Source: Aeromonadaceae bacterium (GTDB lineage Bacteria; Pseudomonadota; Gammaproteobacteria; Enterobacterales; Aeromonadaceae). From it: DNA of 40,782 nucleotides. Location of the stretch: contig JBFHKO010000001.1 of assembly GCA_041595355.1 (NCBI GenBank), forward strand, positions 1 to 40,782. Reading direction: 5' to 3'. Below the pieces are notes generated by a model. It made no database searches and had not been told where the DNA came from. It worked only from the letters and a program-made list of their open reading frames with translations. Shown here piece after piece: positions 8,856 through 18,248 of this stretch (its first letter is position 1; each line of letters begins with the position of its first letter). Both the position numbers and the translations under genes were made by a program.

Positions 8856-10643
8856 ATGAGAGTCCGGTCGCTGTTTGCCGGGCGCCGGCAAGCGCCATCC
8901 TACAGCCCGTCCCGCACTGCCGGGACGGGCCACGGCGGACTCTGGCTGCTGTGTGCCTGTTTGTGCCTGCTCAGCCCGGGTCTGGCGGCCAAGCCGGTCA
9001 GTTACCAGGTACTGGGCGTCAAGGGCACGCTCAAGGATAATGTCAGTCGCTTTTTGTCCACTTTGCCGGCCATAGAGCCGGATCGGGTCGAAAGCCGACG
9101 CGAGCAGATCCGGCTCAAGGCGGATCGGGCGTTGCAGGCACTGGGGTATTATGCGTCCGAGATTGAGCTGGAGCAGTCCGCGGAGGCGCCGGAGCGGGTG
9201 CGCGTCAGGATCACTGCCGGTCAGCCGGTGCGCGTGCGCCAGTTCGAGGTGCAGCTCACCGGCGATGCCCTGCAGGATGAGGAGTTCGCCCGTATTTTGG
9301 CGCGGCCGGGACTCAAGTCCGGGGATGTGCTGGATCATGGCAAATATGAATCCATCAAGAGCCGCCTGCGGGCCCGGGCGTTGGCGCGCGGCTATTTTGA
9401 TGCCGACTTTTCCATTGCCGAGGTCCGGGTCTATCCGGAAGAGCGCGTGGCCGACGTGCAGGTCGAGTTCGCCAGTGGCCGGCGTTACCGTTTTGGCGAG
9501 GTGAAAATAGAGGGGGTGACCGAGCGGGCCCGACTGGTGACGCCGCTGATCCCCTTTCGCACCGGCGATCCCTATCGCGCCATCCAGCTGGGCCAGCTCA
9601 GCCAGTCGCTCTCCGAAACCCAGTATTTCCAGCAGGTGGATGTGCGTCCCCGCATCGCGGATGCTCGCGATTACCGGGTGCCGGTGGACATAGTACTGAA
9701 ACCCAAGAGCAGCAATCTGGTCGAGACCGGCATCGGTGTGTCCACCGATGAGGGGCCCCGGGTGCAGCTCAACTGGGAAAAGCCCTGGGTCAACAAGTAC
9801 GGTCATCGCCTCAATGCCCAGTTCAAGGTGTCGGCGCCCCAGCAGGAGCTCAATGTCGGCTATCGCATCCCGGGCCTGGATCCTCTCAATGATTATTATC
9901 TGCTGCAAACCGGCTATGTGGCCAAGGATCTGCAGGACACTAATTCGTCCAAGACGCTGGTCGGCCTGCATTACCGGACCCGCAAGCGCGGTGACTGGGA
10001 GCGGGACTATTTCGTGCGCATGGAGTATGAGGACTATACCCAGGGCCTGGAGTCGGGCACCAGCCTGTTGCTGTTGCCGGGGTTGAGTCTGAATCGCCTG
10101 CGCACACGTGGCGGACTGGATCCCGATTGGGGTGATCGTCAGCTGCTGATCACCGAGTTCTCCGATCCCTACTGGGGGTCGGACAGCCGATTCGTCCGGG
10201 TCTGGGGACGCAGCAAGTGGTTGCGCGCCCCCTCGACAGGGCATCGTTTCATTGCCCGCGCGGAGCAGGGGGGCATCTGGGGCGACGATCTGGAGACGAT
10301 ACCACCGTCACTGCGCTTCTTTACCGGCGGCGATCAGACGGTGCGCGGCTTCAGTTATCAGAGTCTGTCGCCGGTCGATTCCGCCGGCCTGCTGACCGGG
10401 GGCAAGTACACCACGGCGCTCAGTCTGGAATATGCCGTGCCGGTGGCCGAAAAATGGCGCCTGGCGAGCTTCGTCGATACCGGAATCGCCACCAGCACCT
10501 ATGACGAACCCTGGAAAATAGGTACCGGCCTTGGTGTGCGCTGGATGACGCCTGTCGGTCAGCTGCGCATCGATCTCGCCTTCGGGGTATCCGAGACCCA
10601 GGTTCCGTTCCGGCTGCACTTCGCCATGGGGCCTGAGCTATGA
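8856..10643 (+). CDS. tamA: Translocation and assembly module outer-membrane subunit TamA (Omp85 family)
   Basis: POTRA-like repeats followed by an Omp85 barrel. The C-terminus ...RLHFAMGPEL is TamA-like. I prefer ATG 8856 (MRVRSLF...LWLLCACLCLLSPGLAA signal) over the track start 8670, which would overlap ppiC. The exact start is uncertain. Confidence 0.85.
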   Translation: MRVRSLFAGRRQAPSYSPSRTAGTGHGGLWLLCACLCLLSPGLAAKPVSYQVLGVKGTLKDNVSRFLSTLPAIEPDRVESRREQIRLKADRALQALGYYASEIELEQSAEAPERVRVRITAGQPVRVRQFEVQLTGDALQDEEFARILARPGLKSGDVLDHGKYESIKSRLRARALARGYFDADFSIAEVRVYPEERVADVQVEFASGRRYRFGEVKIEGVTERARLVTPLIPFRTGDPYRAIQLGQLSQSLSETQYFQQVDVRPRIADARDYRVPVDIVLKPKSSNLVETGIGVSTDEGPRVQLNWEKPWVNKYGHRLNAQFKVSAPQQELNVGYRIPGLDPLNDYYLLQTGYVAKDLQDTNSSKTLVGLHYRTRKRGDWERDYFVRMEYEDYTQGLESGTSLLLLPGLSLNRLRTRGGLDPDWGDRQLLITEFSDPYWGSDSRFVRVWGRSKWLRAPSTGHRFIARAEQGGIWGDDLETIPPSLRFFTGGDQTVRGFSYQSLSPVDSAGLLTGGKYTTALSLEYAVPVAEKWRLASFVDTGIATSTYDEPWKIGTGLGVRWMTPVGQLRIDLAFGVSETQVPFRLHFAMGPEL

Positions 10644-13600
10644 GAATGCGAGCCCGACTGTTATGGCTGGGGCTGGCGGCCCTGTTGTGCCTGTTGCTGC
10701 TGTTGCCCAGCCTGCTGCTGTTCACGCCCCAGGGCAACCAGCTGCTCTGGCAGCAACTGCGCGCCCGCCTGCCAGCCTTGCAGGGGGAGCTGGTCAGTGG
10801 CCATCTGGGGCGCGGCTGGGAGCTGAGCGATGCCGGCTGGCAAGGCGAGGGGATGCAGTTTTCCTCCCGGCACCTGCGTCTGGAGTGGGCGCCGGCGCGC
10901 CTGCTGCGAGGGCAGCTGCTGATCCAGCAGCTCAGCGGCGAAGGGATCCGGATCACCCTGCCCGCTGCCGGCGAGGCGCCAGCGCCTGAGCCTGCCAAGG
11001 TCAGCGCTCCGCACCGCCTGTTTGTGATGCCCCTGGCCATTCGATTGCAGCAGTTGCGGGTGCGCGACTTTCAACTGAACTCGCCGGCAGTCAAGGTGCG
11101 GGTGGATGCCCTGGACAGCGCGGCCAGCTGGCGCGGCAAGACACTGCATCTGTCCGCCACCCAGAGTGCCGGGGTCGAGGTTGAACTGTTGCCGGCAGGG
11201 GAGACGCTGCCCGCTGCCGCCGCGCCTCTTCCGGCCGCCGCCGAGGGAGCCGTTGCCGTGCGGGCAAGCCCGGCCGCGCCCGCCGCGGAGGTGACACCGG
11301 CCGGCGCCTTGGCCTCGCTGCCCGAGGTCTTCATTCCCTTTGCCATTGAGCTTGATGAGCTGACGCTGGCTCAGGGGCGTTATCACCAGCCCGGTTTCGA
11401 TACCGGCATGCTGGATCTGCGCTTAAGTGGCAATTTTACCGGCACGCGCCTTGAGGTACGCCAGCTGGCGGCCCAGCATGCCTTGGGCGAGGCGTCACTC
11501 AGCGGCCAGATGATTTTTGAGCAGTACTATGCCCTCAAGGCCGAGCTGACGGCCAGCACCACGGACCCCTGGCTGCAGGGCCAGCTCAAGGGACGGCAGG
11601 CCCGCATGCAGGCCGAGGGCGATCTGAGCGACTTAGGGTTCAGCCTGACCCTCAGTGGCCAGGAACAACTGCAACTGGCCGGGCGGCTCAAGCCGCTGAG
11701 CAAGGCGTTGCCCTTCAGCCTGGAGGGCAGCTGGCAGCAACTCAACTGGCCATTGACGGGTCAGGCCGTCTATCGGGCGCAACAGGGTAAACTGGCGGCC
11801 AAGGGGGATCTCGATGGGTATCGCCTGCAACTGGATAGCGGGATCAGCGTGCCGGACTACCCGCCCTTCTCGCTGGCGCTCAAGCTGGCCGGCGATCTCG
11901 ACGGGGTCGAACTGCAGCCGCTGCGGCTGAGCGATGGGCAGACGGAGGTTTCGGCCAAGGGCGAGCTTGACTGGCGAAACGGCCTGACATGGCAGGGCAG
12001 CCTGGCGTTATCCAGCAAGGATTTGTCGCGCTTGCGGCCCGAGCTCAGCGGGCATCTCAAGGGCGATACGCGCAGCCGTTTCCAGTGGCGTGACGGGGGC
12101 TGGCAGCTGGCTCTTGAAAAGTTGCAGGTCAAGGGGCAGCTGAACGGGTATCCCCTCGGCCTGTCGGGGCAGCTCAGTGGCAATCATCGACAGCACTGGC
12201 GCGTCGAGCAGTTGCTGCTCGACTCGGGCCCCAACCGCTTGCGGGTAGACGGTAGCCTGGCCGAGCGCTGGGATCTGCGGGCGCGCCTGGATGCGCCTAC
12301 GCTGTCAGCCCTTTACCCGCCGCTGAGCGGCCAGTTGCAGGGGACGGCCCGCATCGACGGCCCGCTCAAGCAACCCGCTGTCGAGCTGGCGCTGAGCATT
12401 CCTGCCCTGCAGGGGCAGGGGCTGCAGCTGAGCCACCTCAGCGTCAAGGGGAATGCCACTCTGGCGCCCAAGGTGGGCGGACGGTTGATGTTGACGGCCA
12501 GGGAGCTGCAGCAGGGAGAAAACCGGTTCCGGGATTTGCGTCTGTCGCTGGACGGTAATGAAGCGGCGCACCGTTTGCGTCTGGAGTTTGCCGGCACGCC
12601 GCTGGCCGGCTTGTTCGAGTTGCAGGGCCGTTGGCGTGCTTCCGGCTGGAGCGGGCGTCTGCTGCGGGGAGAGCTTGATACCGAGATGGGGCGCTGGGCG
12701 CTGGAGCAGCCCCTGTCGCTGGCCAGCAAGTCGCCCTTCACCCAATGGCAATTGGGTGGGCAGTGCTGGCGTTCGGAGGCCGACAGTGTCTGCGTGGAGC
12801 CGGCACGGCTGTCCGCCGCCCAGGGGGAGCTCAGCGTTCGCTTGCAGCAGTTGACCACGGCGCGCTTGAAGCCCTGGTATCCGCCGCATTTCAGCTGGCA
12901 GAGCCGGCTGCAGGGGCAGGGCAAGCTGGGCTGGCGTCAGGGGCGGCCACGGATGGCGCTGACCCTGGAGACCGGGCCCGGCAATATCATTGCCGATGAT
13001 CGCTCATCGGAGTACCGCGCGTTCTCTTTGCGCCTGCAGCTTGATGAGCGGCTGGGCGAAGTGGTGCTGGATTTCGATTCTGCGGCGCTGGGACAGGCCA
13101 AGCTGGATGTGCGTCTGGAGGAGCCGCTGGGTGCGCGCCGGTTGGGGGGCACCGTGATGCTGGAAAACCTGCGCCTCGCCGGCATCGCCCCCCTGGTTGA
13201 CGAGCTGCACCGCACCACGGGGCGTGTGGATGCCAAGGGACGCCTGGCGGGCACCCTCTCTGCGCCGCAATTTCATGGCCAGGTGCGCCTGAGCGAAGGG
13301 GAGATCGATACCAGCCAGGATCTTGCCTCCATCCGGCAACTGCAGGCGGTGCTGGATATCGCCGGTACCCGAGCCAACCTGCGTGGCAGCTTGCTGATGG
13401 GCAAGGGTAAGCTGGACCTGCGCGGTGTCATGGACTGGCAGAGTGGACAACCCCAGGGTGAGCTCAGCCTGTCCGGAGCGGGGTTGCGGCTGGGATTGGG
13501 GGGCTACGGCCGGGCCACCGCCAATCCGCAGTTGCGGATGAGTTTTGGCGAGGAGCTGCGTCTGACGGGCACCGTGGTCATACCCAGGGCACGCATCGAG

Positions 13601-14413
13601 GTGAAGAGCCTGCCCGAGGACGTGGTGGATGTCTCGGATGATGTCATCATAGTGGGGCCGCAGCAGCCGGCGCTGGCCAAGCCAACACCGCTGCCGTTTT
13701 ATCTTAATCTGAAGCTGTTGCTGGGCTCCGATGTGCGGCTGACGGCGCTGGATCTCAAGACCCGGCTGACGGGCAGCCTGGAGCTGAGCATGAGTCCCGG
13801 CAAGAGCCTGCGCGGTCAGGGACGCATCAATCTGGTGGACGGGCGCTACAAGGCCTACGGGCAAAACTTGCTGATCCGCAGTGGTCGCCTGCTCTTCTCC
13901 GGCAATCTGGCGCAGCCTTATCTGGCGGTAGACGCTATCCGCGATCCCGCGACCATGGAGGACGATGACATCACGGTCGGCGTCAGGGTGAGCGGGCCGG
14001 CGTCGGCGCCGGAAGCCCAACTGTTCTCCGAGCCCGAGCTGCCAAATACCGACAAGTTCTCCTATCTGCTGCGGGGCAAGAGCTCCTCGGCCACCGGTTC
14101 AGGATCCAGCAACGAGGCCATGACCGCCATGTTGTTGGGAGCGGGACTGGGCCAGACTGGCGGCCTGTTCGCCAGTCTGAGCGAGAACCTGGGGCTGCAG
14201 GATTTCACGCTGGATACCACCGGCAGCGGCGCCGATACCCAGGTCAGTGTCAGTGGCAACCTGTTGCCGGGGCTGCAGATCCAGTATGGCGTCGGGGTAT
14301 TCACCTCCATCAGCGAGGTGCGTATTCGCCTCGAGTTGATGCCGCGGCTCTATTTGCAGGCACTGAGCGGACTCAATCAGGCGGTGGATCTGTTCTACAA
14401 GTTTGAATTCTAG
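10640..14413 (+). CDS. tamB: Translocation and assembly module inner-membrane subunit TamB (DUF490)
   Basis: 1257 aa. N-terminal signal anchor LLWLGLAALLCLLLLLPSLLLF, long beta-rich body, DUF490-type C-terminus (...GVGVFTSISEVRIRLELMPRLYLQALSG...FYKFEF). ATGA overlap with the tamA stop. Confidence 0.88.
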   Translation: MRMRARLLWLGLAALLCLLLLLPSLLLFTPQGNQLLWQQLRARLPALQGELVSGHLGRGWELSDAGWQGEGMQFSSRHLRLEWAPARLLRGQLLIQQLSGEGIRITLPAAGEAPAPEPAKVSAPHRLFVMPLAIRLQQLRVRDFQLNSPAVKVRVDALDSAASWRGKTLHLSATQSAGVEVELLPAGETLPAAAAPLPAAAEGAVAVRASPAAPAAEVTPAGALASLPEVFIPFAIELDELTLAQGRYHQPGFDTGMLDLRLSGNFTGTRLEVRQLAAQHALGEASLSGQMIFEQYYALKAELTASTTDPWLQGQLKGRQARMQAEGDLSDLGFSLTLSGQEQLQLAGRLKPLSKALPFSLEGSWQQLNWPLTGQAVYRAQQGKLAAKGDLDGYRLQLDSGISVPDYPPFSLALKLAGDLDGVELQPLRLSDGQTEVSAKGELDWRNGLTWQGSLALSSKDLSRLRPELSGHLKGDTRSRFQWRDGGWQLALEKLQVKGQLNGYPLGLSGQLSGNHRQHWRVEQLLLDSGPNRLRVDGSLAERWDLRARLDAPTLSALYPPLSGQLQGTARIDGPLKQPAVELALSIPALQGQGLQLSHLSVKGNATLAPKVGGRLMLTARELQQGENRFRDLRLSLDGNEAAHRLRLEFAGTPLAGLFELQGRWRASGWSGRLLRGELDTEMGRWALEQPLSLASKSPFTQWQLGGQCWRSEADSVCVEPARLSAAQGELSVRLQQLTTARLKPWYPPHFSWQSRLQGQGKLGWRQGRPRMALTLETGPGNIIADDRSSEYRAFSLRLQLDERLGEVVLDFDSAALGQAKLDVRLEEPLGARRLGGTVMLENLRLAGIAPLVDELHRTTGRVDAKGRLAGTLSAPQFHGQVRLSEGEIDTSQDLASIRQLQAVLDIAGTRANLRGSLLMGKGKLDLRGVMDWQSGQPQGELSLSGAGLRLGLGGYGRATANPQLRMSFGEELRLTGTVVIPRARIEVKSLPEDVVDVSDDVIIVGPQQPALAKPTPLPFYLNLKLLLGSDVRLTALDLKTRLTGSLELSMSPGKSLRGQGRINLVDGRYKAYGQNLLIRSGRLLFSGNLAQPYLAVDAIRDPATMEDDDITVGVRVSGPASAPEAQLFSEPELPNTDKFSYLLRGKSSSATGSGSSNEAMTAMLLGAGLGQTGGLFASLSENLGLQDFTLDTTGSGADTQVSVSGNLLPGLQIQYGVGVFTSISEVRIRLELMPRLYLQALSGLNQAVDLFYKFEF

Positions 14414-14441
14414 GACTTGCGCAGCGGCCGGCAATTAACTA

Positions 14442-14473
14442 TTGAAATCTAATTTAGAAGAATCTAAATTATA
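14442..14473 (+). promoter_or_regulatory. Sigma-70-like promoter with embedded palindrome/direct repeat (candidate operator)
   Basis: TTGAAA (14442-14447) - 17 nt - TAAATT (14465-14470). The spacer holds the perfect palindrome TCTAA-T-TTAGA (14448-14458). AATCTAATTTA (14446-14456) is repeated as AATCTAAATTA (14461-14471). This is an AT-rich patch in a GC-rich context, 30 nt upstream of ATG 14501. Confidence 0.45.
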
Positions 14474-14500
14474 AACCAGCTTTTTGCCAAGGACTCCAGC

Positions 14501-16213
14501 ATGACCAAGATCCTGATTGTAGGCGGGGTGGCCGGTGGCGCCTCCGCCGCCGCCCGTGCACGCCGGCTCAGCGAAACCGCCGAAATCATCCTGTTCGAGC
14601 GCGGTGAATTCATCTCCTTTGCCAATTGCGGGCTGCCCTACCATATCGGTGGCGACATCCCCTCCCGCGATGCCTTGCTGCTGCAAACGCCCCAGAGCCT
14701 GAAGCGTCGTTTCAATATCGAGGTGCGGACCTTCAACGAGGTGGTGGCCATCGAGCGGGCACAGAAGCAGGTTACGGTGCGCAACCTGTTGACCGGTGAG
14801 CAATATCAGGAGAGCTATGACAAGCTGCTGCTGAGCCCGGGCGCTGCGCCGCTACGCCCGCCCATCCCCGGCATCGATAATCCGCATACTTTCAGCCTGC
14901 GCAATATTCCCGACATGGATCGCATCCTGGCGGCGCTGGAGCATGATAAACCCGCGCATGCCACCGTGGTGGGCGGGGGATTCATCGGCCTGGAGATGAT
15001 GGAGGCGCTGCATCAGCGCGGCCTCAAGGTGTCGCTGGTGGAACTTTCCGGACAGGTGATGGCGCCGGTGGACAGGGAGATGGCCAACCTGCTGCATCAG
15101 GCCATGGTCGACAGGGGCATCGATCTGCGTCTGAATACCGGTTTGATGAGCGTGGAAACTCTGGATCTGCCGCCGGCAGAGCAGGAGGCGAGCGGTGACT
15201 TCGAGGCGGCCACCGAGTCGGGGGTACGTGGCCTGCGGCTGACCCTGAGCGATGGTCAGCAACTGGATACCGGTCTGCTGATCCTGGCCATAGGCGTGAA
15301 GCCGGAGACACTGCTGGCCGCCCAGGCCGGCCTGGAGCTGGGGCCCCGTGGCGGCATCTGGGTGGATGCCGGCATGCGTACCTCGGATGCGGATATCTTT
15401 GCCGTTGGCGATGCGGTGGAGGAAACCGATTTTGTCACCGGTCAGCCGACCCTGATCCCGCTGGCCGGCCCCGCCAACCGGCAGGGGCGGATTGCCGCCG
15501 ACAACATGCTCGGACGCAACGAATACTACAAGCGCACCCAGGGCACGGCCATCTGCAAGTTGTTCGATCTGGCGGTGGCCAGCACCGGCCTCAATGAGAA
15601 GGCCCTCAAGCGGGCGGGCCTGGCGTTCGAGAAGATCTATGTGCATCCGGGCAGCCATGCCGGCTACTACCCGGGAGCCCATCCGGTCAGCCTGAAACTG
15701 CTGTTCGATCCGGCGGATGGTCGCATCCTGGGGGCTCAGGCCGTGGGCAAGGATGGCGTCGACAAGCGTATCGATGTGCTGGCGGTGGCTCAGCGTGCCG
15801 GGCTGACGGTGTATGATCTGCAGGATCTGGAGCTCACCTACGCCCCCCCTTTCGGCTCGGCCAAGGATGTGGTGAACATGGCCGGTTTTGTGGCTGCCAA
15901 CCTGTTGAAGGGCGATACGGCCATCTGTCACAGCGAGGATGTGCTGGCACGTGGCGATGAGCAGTGGGTGCTGGATGTACGTAATCCGGGCGAGCTGGAG
16001 AGTCACGGTCGTATCGAGGGCGCCATCAACATACCCGTGGATGAGCTGCGCGGGCAGCTGCACAATCTGCCCAGGGACAAGGAGATCCTGGTGACCTGCC
16101 AGGTCGGTCTGCGTGGTCATGTGGCCTGTCGCCTGCTGGTCAATGCCGGCTTCCGGGCCCGCAATCTCTCCGGTGGCTTCAAGACCTTTCAGATGGCCAC
16201 CGCACGTTTCTGA
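14501..16213 (+). CDS. CoA-disulfide reductase / NADH-dependent persulfide reductase with C-terminal rhodanese domain
   Basis: 570 aa. GGVAGGASAA FAD motif, redox Cys in SFANCGLPY, second dinucleotide motif VVGGGFIGLE, and a C-terminal rhodanese with active-site loop CQVGLRG. Confidence 0.9.
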   Translation: MTKILIVGGVAGGASAAARARRLSETAEIILFERGEFISFANCGLPYHIGGDIPSRDALLLQTPQSLKRRFNIEVRTFNEVVAIERAQKQVTVRNLLTGEQYQESYDKLLLSPGAAPLRPPIPGIDNPHTFSLRNIPDMDRILAALEHDKPAHATVVGGGFIGLEMMEALHQRGLKVSLVELSGQVMAPVDREMANLLHQAMVDRGIDLRLNTGLMSVETLDLPPAEQEASGDFEAATESGVRGLRLTLSDGQQLDTGLLILAIGVKPETLLAAQAGLELGPRGGIWVDAGMRTSDADIFAVGDAVEETDFVTGQPTLIPLAGPANRQGRIAADNMLGRNEYYKRTQGTAICKLFDLAVASTGLNEKALKRAGLAFEKIYVHPGSHAGYYPGAHPVSLKLLFDPADGRILGAQAVGKDGVDKRIDVLAVAQRAGLTVYDLQDLELTYAPPFGSAKDVVNMAGFVAANLLKGDTAICHSEDVLARGDEQWVLDVRNPGELESHGRIEGAINIPVDELRGQLHNLPRDKEILVTCQVGLRGHVACRLLVNAGFRARNLSGGFKTFQMATARF

Positions 16214-16241
16214 TACGGAGTCTTACTGGCACAATGACAGA

Positions 16242-16269
16242 GGGCCCGCCGATGCAGATCGGCGGGCCC
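16242..16269. terminator. GC-rich hairpin between convergent genes (bidirectional terminator candidate)
   Basis: gggcccgccgat-gcag-atcggcgggccc, 12-bp perfect stem, no clear U-tract. Confidence 0.55.
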
Positions 16270-16286
16270 GCTGTGTCAGTGGCTGC

Positions 16287-17300
16287 TCAGTCGTGGCTGC
16301 CGGGACAGACGCTGGACGATTGACGGCGCACCAGCACCGGGCGGAAGGCGGCAGGCGCTTGCTCCGGTGTTTCGCCCTTGGCCAACTGGATGGCCATGCG
16401 CGCTGCCAGTCCCGCCATCATGCTGATGGGATAACGCATGGTGGTCAGCTTGGGACGGAAATAGCGAGCGAAGATCACATCGTCGAAGCCGACGACGGAG
16501 ACATCTTCGGGGATGCACAGGCCATTGTCCGCCAGCACCGAGATGACCCCGGTGGCCATGGCATCGTTATAGGCGACCACGGCGGTGATGGACTGCCCGC
16601 GTCCCAGCAGGTTCTGCATGGCCAGCTCGCCACCCTCTTCGTTGGCCTCGGCGCGCTCGATGGGAATGGCCTCGGCCGCCAGCCCTGCCTCCTGCATGGC
16701 TTGTTGATAGCCGGCAATGCGCTCGTGGGTATCGTGAATATCAAATTTGGACGCGATATAGGCAATGTGGCGATGTCCCAGCTCGATGAGGTGCTGGGTG
16801 ATGGCATAGCTGCCATAGCGATTGTCCAGCCAGACGCAGCGATCGGCTATCTCCGGTATGCAGCGGTTGATGAGTACCATGCCCGGTAGCTGCCGGGCGT
16901 AGCTCAGCAGCTCCTCATCATTCAGGGCCTTGCTGTGTACCACCAGGGCATCGCAGGATTTGCCGATCAGCAGCTCCAGGGTCTGCCGTTCCCGCTGTGC
17001 ATCATGCAGACCATTGCCGATGAGCAGGTGCTTCTGGTTTTCCCGGGCGACATGATCGATGGCTTTGGCCATGGCGCCGAAAAAAGGATCCGAGACATCG
17101 AAGACCATGCAGCCCATGGTGTCGCTGACGCCGCTGACCAGGGCACGGGCGTAGGCATTGGGTCGATAGCCGAGCTCATCCATGGCCTTGCGCACCGCCT
17201 CCCGCGCCGCCGGCCCGGCCTTGGGGGAGTGGTTGACCACCCGTGATACGGTGGCGATGGATACGTTGGCAAGCCTTGCCACATCTTTGATGGTTGCCAT
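16287..17300 (-). CDS. galR: LacI/GalR-family transcriptional repressor, closest to GalR/GalS
   Basis: From ATG 17300: MATIKDVARLANVSIATVSRVVNHSPKAG...DVSDPFFGAMAKAI...LLIGNG...RQTLELLI...PGMVLINR...VVGFDDV...LTTMRYPI...LVRRQS. This is collinear over the whole length with E. coli GalR from memory. The track ORF has a 32-codon upstream extension. Confidence 0.85.
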   Translation of the reverse strand: MATIKDVARLANVSIATVSRVVNHSPKAGPAAREAVRKAMDELGYRPNAYARALVSGVSDTMGCMVFDVSDPFFGAMAKAIDHVARENQKHLLIGNGLHDAQRERQTLELLIGKSCDALVVHSKALNDEELLSYARQLPGMVLINRCIPEIADRCVWLDNRYGSYAITQHLIELGHRHIAYIASKFDIHDTHERIAGYQQAMQEAGLAAEAIPIERAEANEEGGELAMQNLLGRGQSITAVVAYNDAMATGVISVLADNGLCIPEDVSVVGFDDVIFARYFRPKLTTMRYPISMMAGLAARMAIQLAKGETPEQAPAAFRPVLVRRQSSSVCPGSHD

Positions 17301-17421
17301 GTTGTCCCTTAAACAGAGGCTAAACGGTCGATAAAGCGGAGTCATTATCGCCAACCGGACCAGAGCGGGCAAGTTGGGTGTCCCAGATGACGTCATCAGT
17401 ATGCCATGGGGCGGCGCATGG

Positions 17422-17437
17422 GTGTGAGCGTTTCCAA
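17422..17437. promoter_or_regulatory. Possible GalR/LacI-type operator
   Basis: GTGTGAGCGTTTCCAA matches 12 of 16 positions of the E. coli gal OE operator GTGTAAACGATTCCAC, with a central CG. It lies ~120 bp upstream of galR. The dyad symmetry is weak. Confidence 0.3.
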
Positions 17438-17457
17438 TTCAGGCATGGGGCGATGCA

Positions 17458-17476
17458 GGGGGACACGGGGTCCCCC
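17458..17476 (-). terminator. Small hairpin downstream of the Anbu gene
   Basis: gggggac-acggg-gtccccc, 7-bp stem, no U-tract. Confidence 0.3.
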
Positions 17477-17489
17477 AGGCGCGGGCCAG

Positions 17490-18212
17490 CTAGAGGGCCA
17501 GCGGTGGCAATTGGTTGAAGAGTTGTGCCAGCCCTTCGCCCCAGATCTTGCGCAGCGTCTGATAGTGGGGATGGCTCTCGCAGACGCGATACTGGGCATC
17601 CGCGGAGAAGCTATCAACCGGATAGAGCATTACGTCCAGGGGCAGGCCTACCGACAGATTGCTGCGCAGAGTGGAGTCCATGGACAGCAGGGCGCACTGC
17701 ATCGCCTGTTCCAGCGAGGTATCGAACTGCAGAACCCTGTCGATGATGGGCTTGCCGTATTTGCTTTCGCCAATCTGGAAGTAGGGGGTATCTTCCGTGG
17801 CCTCGATGAAGTTGCCCTCCGGATAGATGTGAAACAGCCGGGTTCCCTCGTTGCGGATCTGACCGCCCAGCAGGATGTTGCAGCCAAAACTGATCCCGCT
17901 GCGGTGCGGGTGCCCGCCATCACGCTCTATCACCTCCCGTACCGTGGCACCTACCAGGGTGGCCGCGTCGTACAGCGAGGGCACATTCATCATGTTGAGC
18001 TTGTCGTCGTGGCAGCGCTGGCGCAGCAGGCTGAGCACACTCTGGGTGGTGGCCAGGTTCCCGGCACTTTGCAGCACCAGGATCCGCTCGTTTGCCTGCT
18101 GGAACACATGCAGCTTGCGAAAGGTGGCGATGTGATCGACGCCGGCATTGGTGCGGGAGTCGGAGGCAAACACCAGGCCATCCGCCAGGCGCATGGCAAC
18201 ACAGTAGGTCAT
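17490..18212 (-). CDS. Anbu (ancestral beta-subunit) proteasome-like Ntn-hydrolase peptidase
   Basis: From ATG 18212: MTYCVAMRLADGLVFASDSRTNAGVDHIATFRKLHVF...GGQI...YFQIGESKYGKPIIDR. This is a proteasome beta-like fold signature with Thr immediately after Met and no propeptide. It is the last gene of the ATP-grasp/alpha-E/transglutaminase operon. The track start 18239 is 9 codons upstream. Confidence 0.88.
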   Translation of the reverse strand: MTYCVAMRLADGLVFASDSRTNAGVDHIATFRKLHVFQQANERILVLQSAGNLATTQSVLSLLRQRCHDDKLNMMNVPSLYDAATLVGATVREVIERDGGHPHRSGISFGCNILLGGQIRNEGTRLFHIYPEGNFIEATEDTPYFQIGESKYGKPIIDRVLQFDTSLEQAMQCALLSMDSTLRSNLSVGLPLDVMLYPVDSFSADAQYRVCESHPHYQTLRKIWGEGLAQLFNQLPPLAL

Positions 18213-18248
18213 TGATCCGGGTCTCTCTCTGGGTGGCATGTGCCGCTG

